The translations under genes and the position numbers were made by a program. From contig MU054117.1 in assembly GCA_013239625.1 (NCBI GenBank), positions 3,586,677 to 3,650,676 of the forward strand: 64,000 nucleotides of DNA, written 5' to 3'. This DNA is from Lama guanicoe (lineage: Eukaryota). The notes beneath the pieces are model-generated. The model ran no database searches and was not told the DNA's origin. It was given only the letters and a program-made list of their open reading frames with translations. This document shows positions 51,881 through 64,000 of the stretch, piece after piece (within the stretch, counting starts at the first letter, position 1; every line of letters begins with the position of its first letter).

Positions 51881-52425
51881 TTTTCAGTATTTAATAAGGA
51901 CAGGTTTTTCAACACCAGCCCACAGGTGTGTCAGAAGATACATTAGGAGGGCATCAACTCCAGCCCGAGTGGATGTCTGCATCACCCACTTCTATGCGCA
52001 TGTACGTGTAAACACAGAGACACAGTCTTCCCTTCTCAAAGAGGACTTACAGATCCTTCCCAAAGGATCTATTTAAGAGGGAACTTGAAAGTACAAAGGG
52101 GAGCAGGTGATGATCCGTGGTGAAGTGTCCTGAGAAGGTGCGGGGACAGGGGACCCAAAGCCCAGGGAAGGGAAGGCTCAGGTGTGGCTGGATGCACCTG
52201 CTTGCTGGGTGTCGGTAGAACATGGGAGTTTCCCCATGTTCTTCTCTGTGAAGTGAAAGGCGAGGGTGTCCTTGGAGAGTGAAGGGTAGGACAGGAGGTC
52301 ATGTCAGGAATGATTAAAAATGTGGAAGCAAGAAAAGGGTAATTGGGGAAGAGCATGGGAGGCAGAGCCGGGAAAGGATAGAGGGCTTTGTACAGCGGAG
52401 CGCTCTCAGGCCCCCACCCCTGCCA

Positions 52426-54659
52426 GCTTTGCTGAGATGTAATTGACATATAACACTGTGTACGTTTAAGATGTACAACATAATTTGATATATGTATGTA
52501 TTGAGAAATAATGACCACAGTAAGATTAGCTACCACACCCATCACCTCACAGTTCCTGGCCTGGTGAGAACTTTTAGGGTTTGTTCTCTTAGCAACTTCA
52601 AGTGTACAATACAGTATTGTTAACGAGAGTCACCGTGTTGTACAGTACATCCCCGGAACTTACTCATCTTACAACTGGAAGTGTGTGCCCTTCACCAACA
52701 TCTCCCTGTTCGACCCTTGCCCCCCGCCCCCCACCTCCTGGTAACCATTTCTCTACTCTCTGTCTCTGTTCCTATGAGTTTTTATTTTTCAGATTCCACA
52801 TATAAGTAAGGTCATATGGTTATTAGTCTTTGCCTGACTTATTTCACTTAACATAATGTTCTCAAGGTTTATCTATGCTGTTGCAAATGGCAGGATTTTA
52901 TTTTTTTAATGGCTGAATAATATTCTATTATATATGTATAATTTCATATTTTCTTTATCCATTCATCCACTGATGGACACTTAGATTGCCTCTATGTCTT
53001 GGCTATTGTGAATAATGTTGCAATAAACATGGGAGTACATATATCTCTTCAAGACAGTGATTTCATTTTCTTTGGATATATACCCAGAAGTGGGATGGCT
53101 GGATCATGGAAGTTCTATTCTTAATTTTTTTTTGAGGAACCTCCATACTGTTTCCCATAGTTGCTGCACCAATTTGCATTCTCACCAGTGTGGGGTGATA
53201 TTGTGATTCTGATTTGCATCCCCCTGATGATTAGTGATGTTGAGCACCTTTTCATGACAATGTTGACCATTTGTAAGTCTTCTTTGCAAAAATGTCTTTT
53301 CAGGTCCTTTGCCCAATTTTAAATTGGATTATTTATCTACTTTTTGCTGGTGAATTGTATGAGTTCCTTGCATATATTATTTGTTTGTTTCTGTTTTTGA
53401 TTGAAGTATACTTTGTTTACAATGTTGTTATATATTTTAAATATTAACCCCTTATTAGATACATGATTTGCAAATGTCTTCTCCCATTCTATAGGTTGCC
53501 TTTTAATTTTCTTGATTGTTTCCTTCACTGTGCAGAAGCTTTTTAGTTTGATGTAGTTAGTTCCACGTGTTTTCGTGTTTTGTTTTTTTTTTTTCGCTTT
53601 TGTTTCTTGTGCTTTTGGTGCCACGTCCAAAATAAATCATCACTAAGATTGATGTCAAGGAGATTTTCCCTATGTTTTCTTCTAGGAGGTTTATGATTAT
53701 GTTTACACCTTCAGTGCATTTCACTTGAATTTTTTAAGCGGTGTAAGATAGTACTCCAGCTTCATTCCTCTGCATGTGGTGACCCAGTTTTCCCAGCACC
53801 ATTTATTACAGAGACTATCTTTTCCCCACCGCGCGCTCTTGGCTCCCTTGTCAAATACTAGTTGACTGTATGTGTGCGGGTTTATTTCCGGGCTCTTCAT
53901 TCTGTTGCGTTGGTCTCTGTTTCTGTGCCGGTGCAATCCTCTTTGGGTAACTACAGCTTTGTAACGTAGTTTGAAATCACAAAGTGCGATGCCTCCAGTT
54001 TGTGCTTCTTTCTCCAGATTGCTTTGGCTATTTTGGATCTTTTATGGTTCCATACAAATTTTAGGATTTTTTTCCTCTTTCTGCAAAACAACACCATTGG
54101 AACTTGATAGGGTTTGCCATGAATCTGGAGACGGCTTTGGGCAGGGTGAACATTTTAGGAATATAAATTATTCCAATCTATGAAGACACTACATCTTTCC
54201 ATGTATTTCTGTCTTCTTCGGTTTCTTTCATCAACGTCTTGGAGTTTTCAGTGTGCAGATCTCTCACCGCTTTGGCTAAATGTCTTCCTCAGTATTTTAT
54301 TGTTTCTGATGGCATCGTGCAAGGGCTATTGTCTTTATTCCCTTTCAGGTAGTTTGCTGTTAGTGTATTGCAATGCAGCTGATTTTTGTATGTTGATTTT
54401 GTATCCTGCAACTGTACTGGATTCATTCATTAGTTCTCACAGGGTTTTTTGTTTTTGTTTTTTTTTTTTTTTTTTTAAAATTTTTATTTTTTTTTTTTTT
54501 TGGTAAAATCTTTAGGGCTTCTATATATAAGATCATGTCACCTGCAGAGACCATTTCACTTCTTCCTTTCTGATTTGGACCCCTTTTATTTCTTTTTCTT
54601 GCCTAATTGCTCTGGCTAGGACTTCTAGGATTATGTTGAGTGGAAGTGGGGAGAGTGGA
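52426..54659 (-). mobile_element. ~2.2 kb 5'-truncated L1 (L1MA9-like 3' UTR + disrupted ORF2 3' part)
   Basis: ORF-track peptides YIKLKSFCTVKETIKKIKRQPIEWEKTFANH and SPEINPHTYSQLVFDKGAK..WGKDSLCNKWCWENW match L1 ORF2; L1 3' UTR at ~52426-52800; frameshifted. Confidence 0.93.
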
Positions 54660-56003
54660 TGCAGGTGGTCAGTCTTAACTTTCTGCTAGTCCCTGGTCTC
54701 TGAGACATTTCTGACATCTGAGATCTGAAAGCGCCATGGGTCAAAGTGCACAGTGAGGGCTGGAGACTGACCTCTAAGGATGCTGTCATTGGCCAGAGGG
54801 AGAGTGTTGGCGAGGGCACCTTTGAGAACTGGGTCAATCAAATGGGTCATTTCTCTGAGTTGAATGAGTAGCTGAATGCTGCTCTAAGGGTCAGGCAGGA
54901 TGGAGGCTTAACAGCTCAGAAAGAACTAACACATATGACTCAATTAGTTAATGACTGAAATAGAGTTACATAATCTATCAGACTGCCAGAAGATTTCTTC
55001 CTTAGAACAATAGATAAGGCTGCTCCCAACAGTGCTGAGAAGATGCTAAGATTTTGGAGAAATGCTGAATTACGTGAACATCACAGTGTGTTCAGTTCTT
55101 TGCAAAATTATTGAGTCCAATACATAAGGTTCTTTGCAGTGACTTTGAAAATGAGATTCAATTGTCCAAGCAAAAGTATTTAATTCTGTTATGCTGCAGT
55201 CTATAAAATATTTACACTGCTATCCTACATACACACATCGCTGACATCCAGCTGCATCTCTCTCTGATGCACTTTAAATAAGAGATTTGGACTGCTGACA
55301 ATGCCATCCACGCCAATTGTTAGAGGAAAGAATCACAGAATCATTGCAGCTTACAAAGCCCCCAGGACATCAAACAGTCAGTCCTTTCGTCTTCTGGAAT
55401 GAGAGAATCCAAACTGGACCGAAGAAAGAGGCGTGTCTCCTAGACCTGAAAAATCCAGGAAGAGGGGAATGACCAATCTTTCTTAATTTTCACATGCTTC
55501 CCTCAAAAATCAGAAAGTTCCAAATAACCCATTCTCCTCCTACTGTAGTTAGTGTGCTTCTCAGAATGTGGTATTTAAAGAGAAAATTCCCGAAGTCCGT
55601 GACAACGGACGCTGAGCTGCCAATGTCTGAAAGTGAGGTAGCAGCAATTTCAGGCAGTCCGATGTGAGGAGGAGGCCAGCGGACTGGGAGGTGGCGCCCA
55701 GCGTTTGCCGCCTTGGTCCACCGCTGCCCGCTTGCCCACTCGGACACGGAGGAGTCAAGACCCTATCAGTTCTTCCTGTTCAGTGCCTTCAGCACATTAG
55801 GGTAATAAATGCTTGCTCCCTTGACTTGAGGATTAAAAACTTCAGCATAAGGAAGAGCTTTGAAAAGTACAGAGTATGGTCCAAAAATGAAGATCTAAAA
55901 CAATTCATTACCATGTGTTGGATGATAACGACCGTGATGAACCCACTTTCCTTCACTACGTCACTGAAAATTGGCCACAAATTGGCTCTCACGTTTCCTT
56001 CTG

Positions 56004-56583
56004 AGACAGATGCACCCCGATGTTCATAGCACTATTTACAATAGTCCAGACATAGAAGCAACCTAAATGTCCATCAACAAATGAATGGATAAAGAAAAAG
56101 TGGTGTGTATACACACATACACACACACATGATGGAATTCTACTCAGCCATAAAAAAGTGAAATAATGCCATTTACAGCAACATGGATGGCCCTAGAGAT
56201 GATCATACTAAGTGAAGTAGGCCAGAAAGAGAAAAAAATAACAAAAATATCACTTATATGTGCAATGTAAAAAAATGATACGAAAGAATTTATTTACAAA
56301 ACAGAGAATCACAAACATGAAAAACAAACTATGGTGACCAAAAAGGAAAGGGGGGAGGGATAAATTAGGAGTTGTGGATTAACAGACATACATTATTGTA
56401 TATAAAATGGATAAACAACAAGGATCTACTATATAGCACAGTTTCTTGTAGTAACATGTAATGGGAAAGAATCTGAAAAAAATATATATGTATGTCTACG
56501 TACAACTGAATCACTTTGCTGTACATCTGAAACTAACATTGTAAATCAACTACACTTCAATAAAAAACAAAATTTAAAAAAAA
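56004..56583 (+). mobile_element. L1 3' end with poly(A) signal and tail
   Basis: tgcaccccgatgttcatagc..aaatgtccatcaacaaatgaatggataaagaa..gcaacatggatggccctagag..gtaaatcaactacacttcAATAAAaaac. Confidence 0.92.
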
Positions 56584-56852
56584 GCAACCCCAAAGTGTAA
56601 AATAAATTGTGAAGGAAAATGAAGGCAGGACACACGTGCATGCACGCGCACACACACACACGCACAGGCTCTAAGTTTGTCTAAAGACAGTGAGGTAAAT
56701 GGATCAGATTTACGAATTACAGTAACTGTGAGATGAAAACAGTCCGTGTTTAAGAGAAGCAGAGCTTGCTCTGAGCCTGAGATCACGGCACCTCCCAGGG
56801 ACCCTCAGAAAAGACACTGTGTCCCTTGATGGATGGCATCCTTCACGACTAC

Positions 56853-57116
56853 TTTTTTAAATTGAAGTACAGTCATTACAATGTGTCAGTTTCTGGTGTC
56901 CAGCACAACGTCCCTGTCAGGCATATACATACATATATTCGTTTCCATATTTTTTCATGAAAGGTTATTACAGGATATTGAATAGAGTTCCCTGTGCTGT
57001 ACAGAAGACTTTTTTTAAAATCTATTTTTATATATAAGGGTTAACATTTGCAAATCTCAGACTCCCAAATTCACCCCTTCCCACCTTTCACCCTGTAACC
57101 ATAAGATTGTTTACTC
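56853..57116 (-). mobile_element. Short 5'-truncated L1 3' end
   Basis: ttttaaattgaagtacagtcattacaatgtgtcagtttctggtg..gttccctgtgctgtacag..gtaaccataag; flanked by ccttcac repeats. Confidence 0.85.
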
Positions 57117-57127
57117 CCTTCACAAAA

Positions 57128-57185
57128 TTTTTTTTTTAATTTTAAACATTTTTTATTGAGTTATAGTCATTTTACAATGTTGTGG
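57128..57185 (-). mobile_element. ~55-bp L1 extreme 3' tail
   Basis: Poly-T + tttattgagttatagtcattttacaatgttgtg; TSD tcacaaaatttt / tcacaaagtttt. Confidence 0.75.
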
Positions 57186-57354
57186 TCACAAAGTTTTGAT
57201 ACCAGTGATCACTATGAATTGATAGGACCTTTCCTGATGATGTTCCTCATTGCAAGCCAATGGCATGAAAGCAATTTTATAAGGAGCCCAAACCAGGCTG
57301 CCCGGTAGGCAGCTCCCCCAGGGGCTGGGCTGCCCTGAGGCTGAAGTCCTGAGG

Positions 57355-57557
57355 CGGCGTTGCCGGTTAGAACTTTCTGCGATGGTAGAAATGCTCTCTC
57401 TCTGAGCCATCCGATATGGTCACCACCAGTCACACCTGGCTGTTAGCACTTAATATGCGGCCAGTGGACTCAGGGAGCTGAAGTTTACCTCTCCTCCTAA
57501 CTCACTGAAGAGTAAACCGTGACACGCGGCTAGTGGCTATCCTGTCGGACAGCACAG
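57355..57557. mobile_element. MER3 (hAT-Charlie MITE)
   Basis: tagaactttctgcgatggtagaaatg..tccgatatggtcaccaccagtcacacctggct..gcggctagtggctatcctgtcggacagcacag. Confidence 0.85.
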
Positions 57558-58559
57558 CTCCAGAAAAATGTCTGTATTGCATGTCTTTCCAACAGTCTTT
57601 CACTAATACTATTTCTTATGATGAGACGTGGTACGTTACAAGGTTAAGGGAGCACTGAGAGCAGGGGAAGCTGACCTCGGAGAGCGTTTCTGGGTGGGCT
57701 GCAAAATGGAGAAAATCCGGCAGCGGAGGCCTCAAAGCTCTACGCCGCTGGGCGGAGGTGCTCTTAATACAGGATGCTTTGAGATGTGAACACTCCCAGC
57801 GCATGTGTTTTTGGTGGGAAATTATAACCTGTGTTCTGCTCTAATCTATTTGTACCTTGTAGACAAACACATCCTTTTGACAGCTTTTTGTTTTTTTTTA
57901 AGCCAACACTGCCAATCCCCTTTTTTATTCAACTTCTGAGCTACTGCCCCTTTTTGGAGAAAAATCACGCATTTCTTCAAATTCCTGGTTTCTGACCTCA
58001 CCTGGGCCTTGCCGCTTCCTTGTGGTCCTTCTGTAACGGCCCTTTCCATCCTTCATTCTCCCCATTCTCATCTCTGGAGGAGAGGGGGCCTTTCCCAAAA
58101 TAACACAGCGAGAGGTGGTCAGTGTGAGCCAGAGAGGCGGTGGCTTTTCTTTGGGCCACCACTGCGCTGCTGGAATAGGCATAAGTGAGGGTCTCTCCAG
58201 TGTTCTCTAGAGGAAAGGCAGGGTGGAGCTGGGACCCGGAAAGGAGGGCAGAGGAGCAGACCAAGAAGAAAAGGGATGACCAGGGGAGGAAGGACTTCTG
58301 AGTTTCTGTCTGAGGCAGCATCTGACTGGACTGGAAGGTGATTTAATGGGTAGCAGATAAGAAATATATCACCCCAGTCATTGGATTCTGATTGTGTTTA
58401 TAACTGACTATGAGCAAGATTAAGTCTTTATGGTAATAGACGACATACTTTCTAGACGATGTGGGACAAAACAGCCAAGTTCCATATGTTTTCCCAATCC
58501 ACTGTCTCATCTGGTCTTCCTTGGGTCTGTCTTTGACCTTTCATAGTCTCCTCCCCTGT

Positions 58560-59230
58560 GCCCATCAGTGGGTGACATCTGGTACTTCACTGAGAAACTA
58601 AAGGTCTTTAGTGGAACCTCCCTCAGTTTCCTGAAATCACTTTCCCAGTGCATCTCCACGCGTCCTCTCCTCTTTCCATCCTACCATAGTGAGAAAAGTC
58701 CTTTATTCTTCTTTAAGACAGGTTATTCTAGCTGTGCTCTGCTCCCCTCTAGTCATGATTCCTAGGAATCTAGCTCCATGAATTGCCCCATTTCTATATC
58801 TTCAACCTTGTTCTTCCTTATGTATTTTCTATTTATCATCTTGAGCATTGCAGCATATTCAAATCTCTCCAATATTAAAAAAAAAAAAGTTCTCCTGACC
58901 TCACTAGCCCCTTTAGCTTCAACCTCAGTCTCCCTCCTGCCCTCCAGTTCCAAGATCCTTCAGAGATGCCTGCTTGCCCCACCTTGCGTGCTCACTCCGT
59001 GTACCCCTGACCACCTCTTCCCTGAACGTGCTGTTCTCAAGAGGACCGACGACCGCTGGTCTCTACATCTCACCTTCCTGCTTATCTCAACCAACCGTCC
59101 TGAAGCGCATTTTTCTCAGTTCCTTCCTCTCCAAGATGCCCAAGCCCCAGACCTGGGAACCATTCTCAACTCTGTCACCTCCTTTCTGGACATTTGTGAT
59201 CGCCTCCCTAGCATGCAGTCCTCTCTTATT
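58560..59230 (+). mobile_element. L2 internal fragment
   Basis: Pyrimidine-rich; tacttcactgagaaa; gcatattcaaatctctccaatattaaaa; tgctgttctcaagaggaccgacgacc. Confidence 0.5.
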
Positions 59231-59259
59231 CTTTTATCAATACTCTGAAATTTCTCACC

Positions 59260-59762
59260 ATATCATCTGGGTGAGGCAGACCCCACCCCACCTCCAGGGA
59301 GGGGCTCTGATTTCGTTAATCCAGTCAGCACATCTCATCTTCTTGACTGCAGTGATTGGCTCAAAGATTGGTAAATAACACAAGTCAGGCCAACTTAGGG
59401 TCACTAAGACTCAATTCCAAAACTCTTATTTAAGCCGCCAGGGAATTAGACCATATTTCCTACCAGACATGAGGTACAGGGCATCTGGAGTTTCTGACGG
59501 CCATCTTGGGAACCCCCCAAAGGGGCCTGCTTTATAACAGTGTTAGCATTGAGGAACAGAAATAGAGCAGGAAAAAATAGGTCCTGGTCATAAACCTTGA
59601 GTGCTGGATACAACCTTTCCTGAAGCTCCATTTATATCCTCAAAATGCTCAGTTTTCTTAGCCAGCAAATTCCACCCCACTTTATGCCTTTTTTTGTTTG
59701 TTTGTTTAAGCCATTTGGGGTCAAATTTCTACTTCAATAATCAGAAAGAGTTCTAACTGACA
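59260..59762 (+). mobile_element. MLT1J/K-like MaLR LTR
   Basis: cagtgattggctcaa..ggccatcttg..gctggatacaacctttcctgaagc..gtttaagccatttggggtc..aaagagttctaactgaca. Confidence 0.75.
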
Positions 59763-59814
59763 CAAGCCACTACGTCTAAATCATTTCTCCAAATATTATC
59801 CAGGATATTTTGCA

Positions 59815-60240
59815 AGTCCATTTAAAATCCTTCATGAGAAATGCTTTAATGTGATTTAACGAGCAAGCTCAACTCAGACTAACTTAACAGTGAGAAAACG
59901 CATTGAATTTCATAACAGGAATTTCCATGGTAGGCGGAAGCATCCTGGCTGTTTGATTCAGCAGGTCACTGATGTCACCAGGATCCAGGCTCTCTTCCCC
60001 TTTTTGCTGTGACATCTTCGGCATTGGCTTAAGGATTCAGGCTGGTAACAGCATGGATACAGCGATGACTCATCAGACAGGACGTCTAGAAGAGGAAGAG
60101 AAAAATCTCCTTACAGCTCTTTCTTACCACCGAGGAAGCGTTTCCCTGAAGCCCTCCGGAAGTCCTCCCCTCTCATCTCTGGGTCAGGGTTGGGCCACAG
60201 GCTGGTTCCTGATGAGATACCCTGGAGCAGTGGGCTTCCT
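59815..60240 (-). mobile_element. MLT1 (J/L-like) MaLR LTR fragment
   Basis: aactcagactaacttaac..ttcagcaggtcactgatgtcaccaggatccaggctct..gaggaagcgtttccctgaagccc..tcccctctcatctctgggtcag. Confidence 0.65.
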
Positions 60241-60359
60241 TCTCTCAGCCCCACTGAGGGTCCTCTAAAGGGGACAAACGAGAGGGTTAGAAGCTCAGGA
60301 GGAGACCAGCGGGACCCACTGCAGGGACCAGCAGTGGGGGCCGCTTACTGGGTAGCACA

Positions 60360-60850
60360 GTGCCTCACAGTCTGGCTCGTGACGACTTCTCTGGCTTTCT
60401 TTTCTTGTCACTCACCTCCTTATACTCAATCCTCCAGGTCTACTGACCTCAGCTTTGTTTTCCTGAGCCTACTATCAGCCCCCTTGCACACCTAGAGCCT
60501 TGCAGCGCCGCACGCTGCTGACTTTGCCCTGGAAGGCACTCCGAGGTCCACACCCTCTGCTCATCCTTTGGGACCTCATGTAACTGGTTACCTTGTTGTT
60601 CCTCCTGGGAGTTCTTCCCTGTCTCCCAAGGTTGGGTGAGGGGCCTCTCCTTTATACCTAACGTACCTCTGCCTGTCCCGTTAAATCATTTTCACATTGT
60701 ATTGTAATTACCCGTTCACATTTTTGTTTCCACAGCTAGAACAAGACCTCACTGAGGGCCAGGATTCTGCCTTGGTCTCTGATGTGTTATTACATAATGA
60801 CCGACGCAGTCCATGATAGGGACTCAGTCACTATTTTTTTTTTCATGAAT
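60360..60850 (+). mobile_element. L2 LINE 3' end
   Basis: cacctagagccttgca..ccctggaaggcactcc..cacattgtattgtaattac..ctgagggccagga..gggactcagtcactatttt..tgaat. Confidence 0.75.
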
Positions 60851-61074
60851 TCCTAAATGTTGTAGTTCTCTTCCCCAAGTTGTGAACCTGCCCAGATAGT
60901 CTTAGTGAGATAGGAAATTTCTCTGCCCCTTCATTCCTCCTTTCAAGGACAGCTCAGAGCAGTTTAAGAAAACTTCACAAGTTAAGTACTTGAAGAATAC
61001 CAACATTTCTAAACCCCTTCTGTCGGCTCAATGTGCATCAATATTATTTATTTAAGAAAAAGGGACCTTTAAAA

Positions 61075-61760
61075 GAAATTCTATCTTGGTGTAATTTACA
61101 CACAATAAAACGCAGCCATTCTAAGTGTACAGTTCCATGAGTTTTGACAATACATGGCGTAGCCATCGCCAGAATCAAGATATATCACATTTCCATCACC
61201 TAGACCTTCCCTCATGCTCTTCTGTCGTCAGTCTCTCTTCTCTGGTGCTAGGAAACCACTGATCCATGTTTGCTTGTGCTAGAATTTCATATAAATAGAA
61301 TCACAAAGAATGTGGCTTTTATTTTTTTTTTTGGTGAAGCGCCCATTCAAATCTTTTGCCTGTTTTATCTTCTGTTGTCTGTGTTACTAGTGAGCAGTAA
61401 GTGCTACCAGTAAGTCTGAATGAGTCCTCTGCCAGATGCGTTGTGAACATTTTCCCCCCAGTCTTCAGTTCTTAGTCTCAGCTGCCTCAGCCTCACCGGC
61501 CTCCAGCCTGTGTCTCCTCAGCTCAGTGATTTCCAGGCTCAGCTTGGGTTCTTGCTCCCTGCAAAGCTTCCGGAAAGGACCTGCAGGCAAAAGCCAGCCC
61601 ATCCTAGAGCTCACCTCACTGGTTCCCCTTTAATGAGAGGTTTCAGTTCTGCCCTGCCTCTTGCCCAGGGCTGCCTCATGTAGCTTATCCAGCTTTCTAG
61701 CTGTTCATGGTGGGAGAAGAGCCCGGCACAAGTTACTCTGCTGTGGCTGAGTCCTGAAGT
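61075..61760 (-). mobile_element. Old L1 (L1MC/MD-like): 3' end adjacent to a 5'-UTR-like segment
   Basis: gtaatttacacacaataaaacgcagccattctaagtgtacagttccatgagttttgacaa (3' end); ctcagctcagtga..agagctcacctcactggttcccc..tccagctttctagctgtt..gttactctg..ctgaagt (5'-end-like). Confidence 0.65.
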
Positions 61761-61909
61761 TGGCCATAAGGGTTTGATGGCAGGCATTGCATTTGTTCAT
61801 TTCTCTGATTCTTGGTGATTCTGCTTTGTCCTTGGTGAATGTTTCTTAAACATCTGTCTAATGCAATGGTTCCTGACCTTCGGGATCCCTTTTCTTGAAG
61901 CCGGCATTT

Positions 61910-62110
61910 CATTGATGTTAACACTTTGCCAGGCACTGATCAGTTCTCAACTTGTCTGTTACCCTCACAGCAGCTGTGGTATAGGTATTACATTTTACAA
62001 ACAAGGAGATGCAGATGTGAAATGATGAAGCGACTTGTCCAAAATCAGAGTGATTGAATTAGAACTCATCTGTGATTTAAAAAAATCTAGACTTTTAACT
62101 ATTCCAGTGT
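61910..62110 (-). mobile_element. MIR SINE
   Basis: tgccaggcactg..cctcacagcagc..ataggtattacattttaca..gaagcgacttgtccaaaatca. Confidence 0.7.
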
Positions 62111-62729
62111 AAGCTCTCGTTGAGATTTTGAAAAAAAAAATCACATATAGACCAGGTGCTCAGAAACAAGATTATTAACATGTCCAAAAAATGTATAAAC
62201 AATTCAGAGGTTCACGGACCCCTGGGGCCCGTCTATGGTTAAGCCCGATCACAAACCCTGACAAGAGGACCCTTGGCTGTTGTAGCCATCCGTACCACTC
62301 ACCGTCACCCCAGCCCTTGGTGAACTTCTACAGTTTCCTCCCTGCCTCCCTGTGGCTCTACATTACCTTTTACACTGACACCTCACACCTGCTGAGACCA
62401 CCTGCTTGTGACCCTGCCCTCAGCAGGATCTGAGGTGAGTCCCACCTGGATATGTTCTCACCTGGTAAGACCAGCTCTTCCCTAGCCACGTCTTGCCTTC
62501 CCACTACGGAACACTTAAGCAATCAAGGCCCAGGAAGCTGTATTTAGAACTAGTTTCGCATTTGCACATAAACAACCATCAGAGCTAATTTTATCATGAC
62601 TCACCTCCAAGTCTGTCTTAAACTATCAGAGTCCGATCGCCGAAATGCATGGCCCCTCACCCAGAGTGAGTCCGCGGTTTTGCCAGGCGACCCGGCTACA
62701 CGCCCTAACCATCTCACCCTCCTGTTCTG

Positions 62730-63860
62730 GGTGGTTATTTCACATTGTTTCCTCCTACCTCCAAGACCCCCTTCCCGTGCTCACTTCCAGCAGACGACTT
62801 TGCTTCCCTTTTTACTGAGAAAATTGCTTCTGATTGCCTAAGTGAATATCCACCAACTCCCACAGCCGCATCTACTAATTACTTGTGTCTGACCTCTGCT
62901 CTCTCTCCCATTTCGATGGACTCACTGTCCTTTTCTAAGGTCAACCTCTTTGCCTGGATATTAGATCCCCTTCTCCCTGTGCCTTCCCAAGAACATTCCT
63001 CTGATGTTTCTCTTTCTACTGCATCAACACTTTTTCCCTTTCGACTGAATCATTCCCATTAGCACACAAACATATTGCAATAGCTTTCATTTAAAAAAAA
63101 AGTCTTGTCACTCTTCAGCCTTCCTCCAGCTACTATTCCATTCCCCCCCATTTGTCTCCCAAACCTCAAGAGCTGGTTTTGCCTGCTGTCATCATCTTTT
63201 CTTTCAATCTCCTTTCAATGCAGTTTTTCTAAACCCAGTCGTTAATTCTAATTTCCTCATTTTACTCATTCTATTAGCAGTGTTCAACAAAATTAATCTC
63301 TCCTTCTCAAAACACTGTATCCATTTGCTGTACCCGACAGTCTCCTGGTTTGCCTGCCTTGCCAGTCACTCTTTCTTGGTCTCCCTTGCTGGCACTTCCT
63401 TCTTTTATTGCCCTCTAAGAATTAGGGTATCATCAAACTCACTGTCTGAACATTGTCTCTTCTCTTTCTGCCTTCATGTCCAAGCGCGCTAATCCAGGAC
63501 TCTGGCTTTAACCACCACCTACCCCAGTGGTTCCCCCAGTGGGGGTGATTTGGGATATTTGGCAACGTCGGGAGATATTTTTGGTTGTTGTAACTGGGAG
63601 CAGGTGCTCCTGGCAGCTAGCAGGTAGAAGCCAGGGATGCTGCTGGGCACCCAAAGATGCACCGAATAACAAACAAAAATGCCCTCTGCCACCAAGAAGC
63701 ATTCAGACTGAGTGCTGAGGACGAGAAACCCCGGCCTACCTAGACCTCTTCTCTGAACTCTAGGCTCACTCGTATGCCCAGCTTCCTACTCAGCATCTTC
63801 ACTGTGTGTTTAACAGAGCGCTCCAACTTAACATGTCTCAAACTGAAGTTTGGACTCCCT
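62730..63860 (+). mobile_element. L2 LINE, interrupted by MER20
   Basis: cagcagacgactttgcttcccttttactgagaaaatt..tctcctggtttgcctgcctt..agacctcttctctgaactctag..caacttaacatgtctcaaactgaa. Confidence 0.75.
63525..63733. mobile_element. MER20 (hAT-Charlie MITE) inserted in L2
   Basis: cagtggttc..gggggtgattt..tttggcaacgtcgggagatatttttggttgt..gccagggatgctgct..gtgctgaggacgagaaaccc; 8-bp TSD acctaccc / gcctacct. Confidence 0.9.
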
Positions 63861-63867
63861 CCACCTC

Positions 63868-64000
63868 AGCTTAGCTTCTCTGGGAAACAGACCTGAGCAG
63901 GACTTATGCTTTAATGGAAGGCACGATTCCCGGGGCAGTGAGAGTAAGGGAAACGGGAGGAGAGGGTGCAAATACAAGGTGGCGAGTTACCCAGCTGGCC
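63868..64000 (-). mobile_element. LTR16-like ERVL LTR, cut by the window end
   Basis: cttctctgggaaacagacctgag..tttaatggaagg..gattcccggggcagtgag..caaatacaaggtg..gagttacc. Confidence 0.5.

Noticed and set aside
53337..53936. L1 ORF2 peptides as a functional gene
   Set aside because: Fragmented, frameshifted and 5'-truncated; a dead retrotransposon.
3282..64000. KCNA1, KCNA5 or GALNT8 exons, CRISPR arrays, rRNA or other gene systems
   Set aside because: No second Kv ORF, glycosyltransferase exon, repeat-spacer array or structural RNA was recognised.

Overview
Mammalian genomic DNA, most likely from a camelid: there are three Vic-1-like tRNA-derived SINEs and cetartiodactyl-type L1 ends and LTRs, and I saw no Alu, Bov or PRE SINEs. 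The only protein-coding gene I can support is KCNA6 (Kv1.6), with an intronless CDS at 1680-3281 (+, 533 aa). It lies in a CpG island whose promoter is partly hidden by a 286-N gap. The other ~60 kb is non-coding, presumably the KCNA6-KCNA1 intergenic interval, and holds L1, L2, MIR, LTR and DNA-transposon relics. Repeat family names are from recalled consensus sequences and most repeat boundaries are approximate. I found no new gene system. The best leads are: a near-canonical REST/RE1 site at 38.3 kb with an RFX motif cluster 1.4 kb away; an (GGC)8 poly-Gly and a Kv1.5-like T1 residue in Kv1.6; a possible 3'-UTR splice donor/acceptor pair; and several retrotransposition or repair scars (a 19-nt templated insertion, an inverted L1, two L1 tails at one target, an in-frame nested L1 tail, and a SINE inserted at an LTR poly(A) signal).
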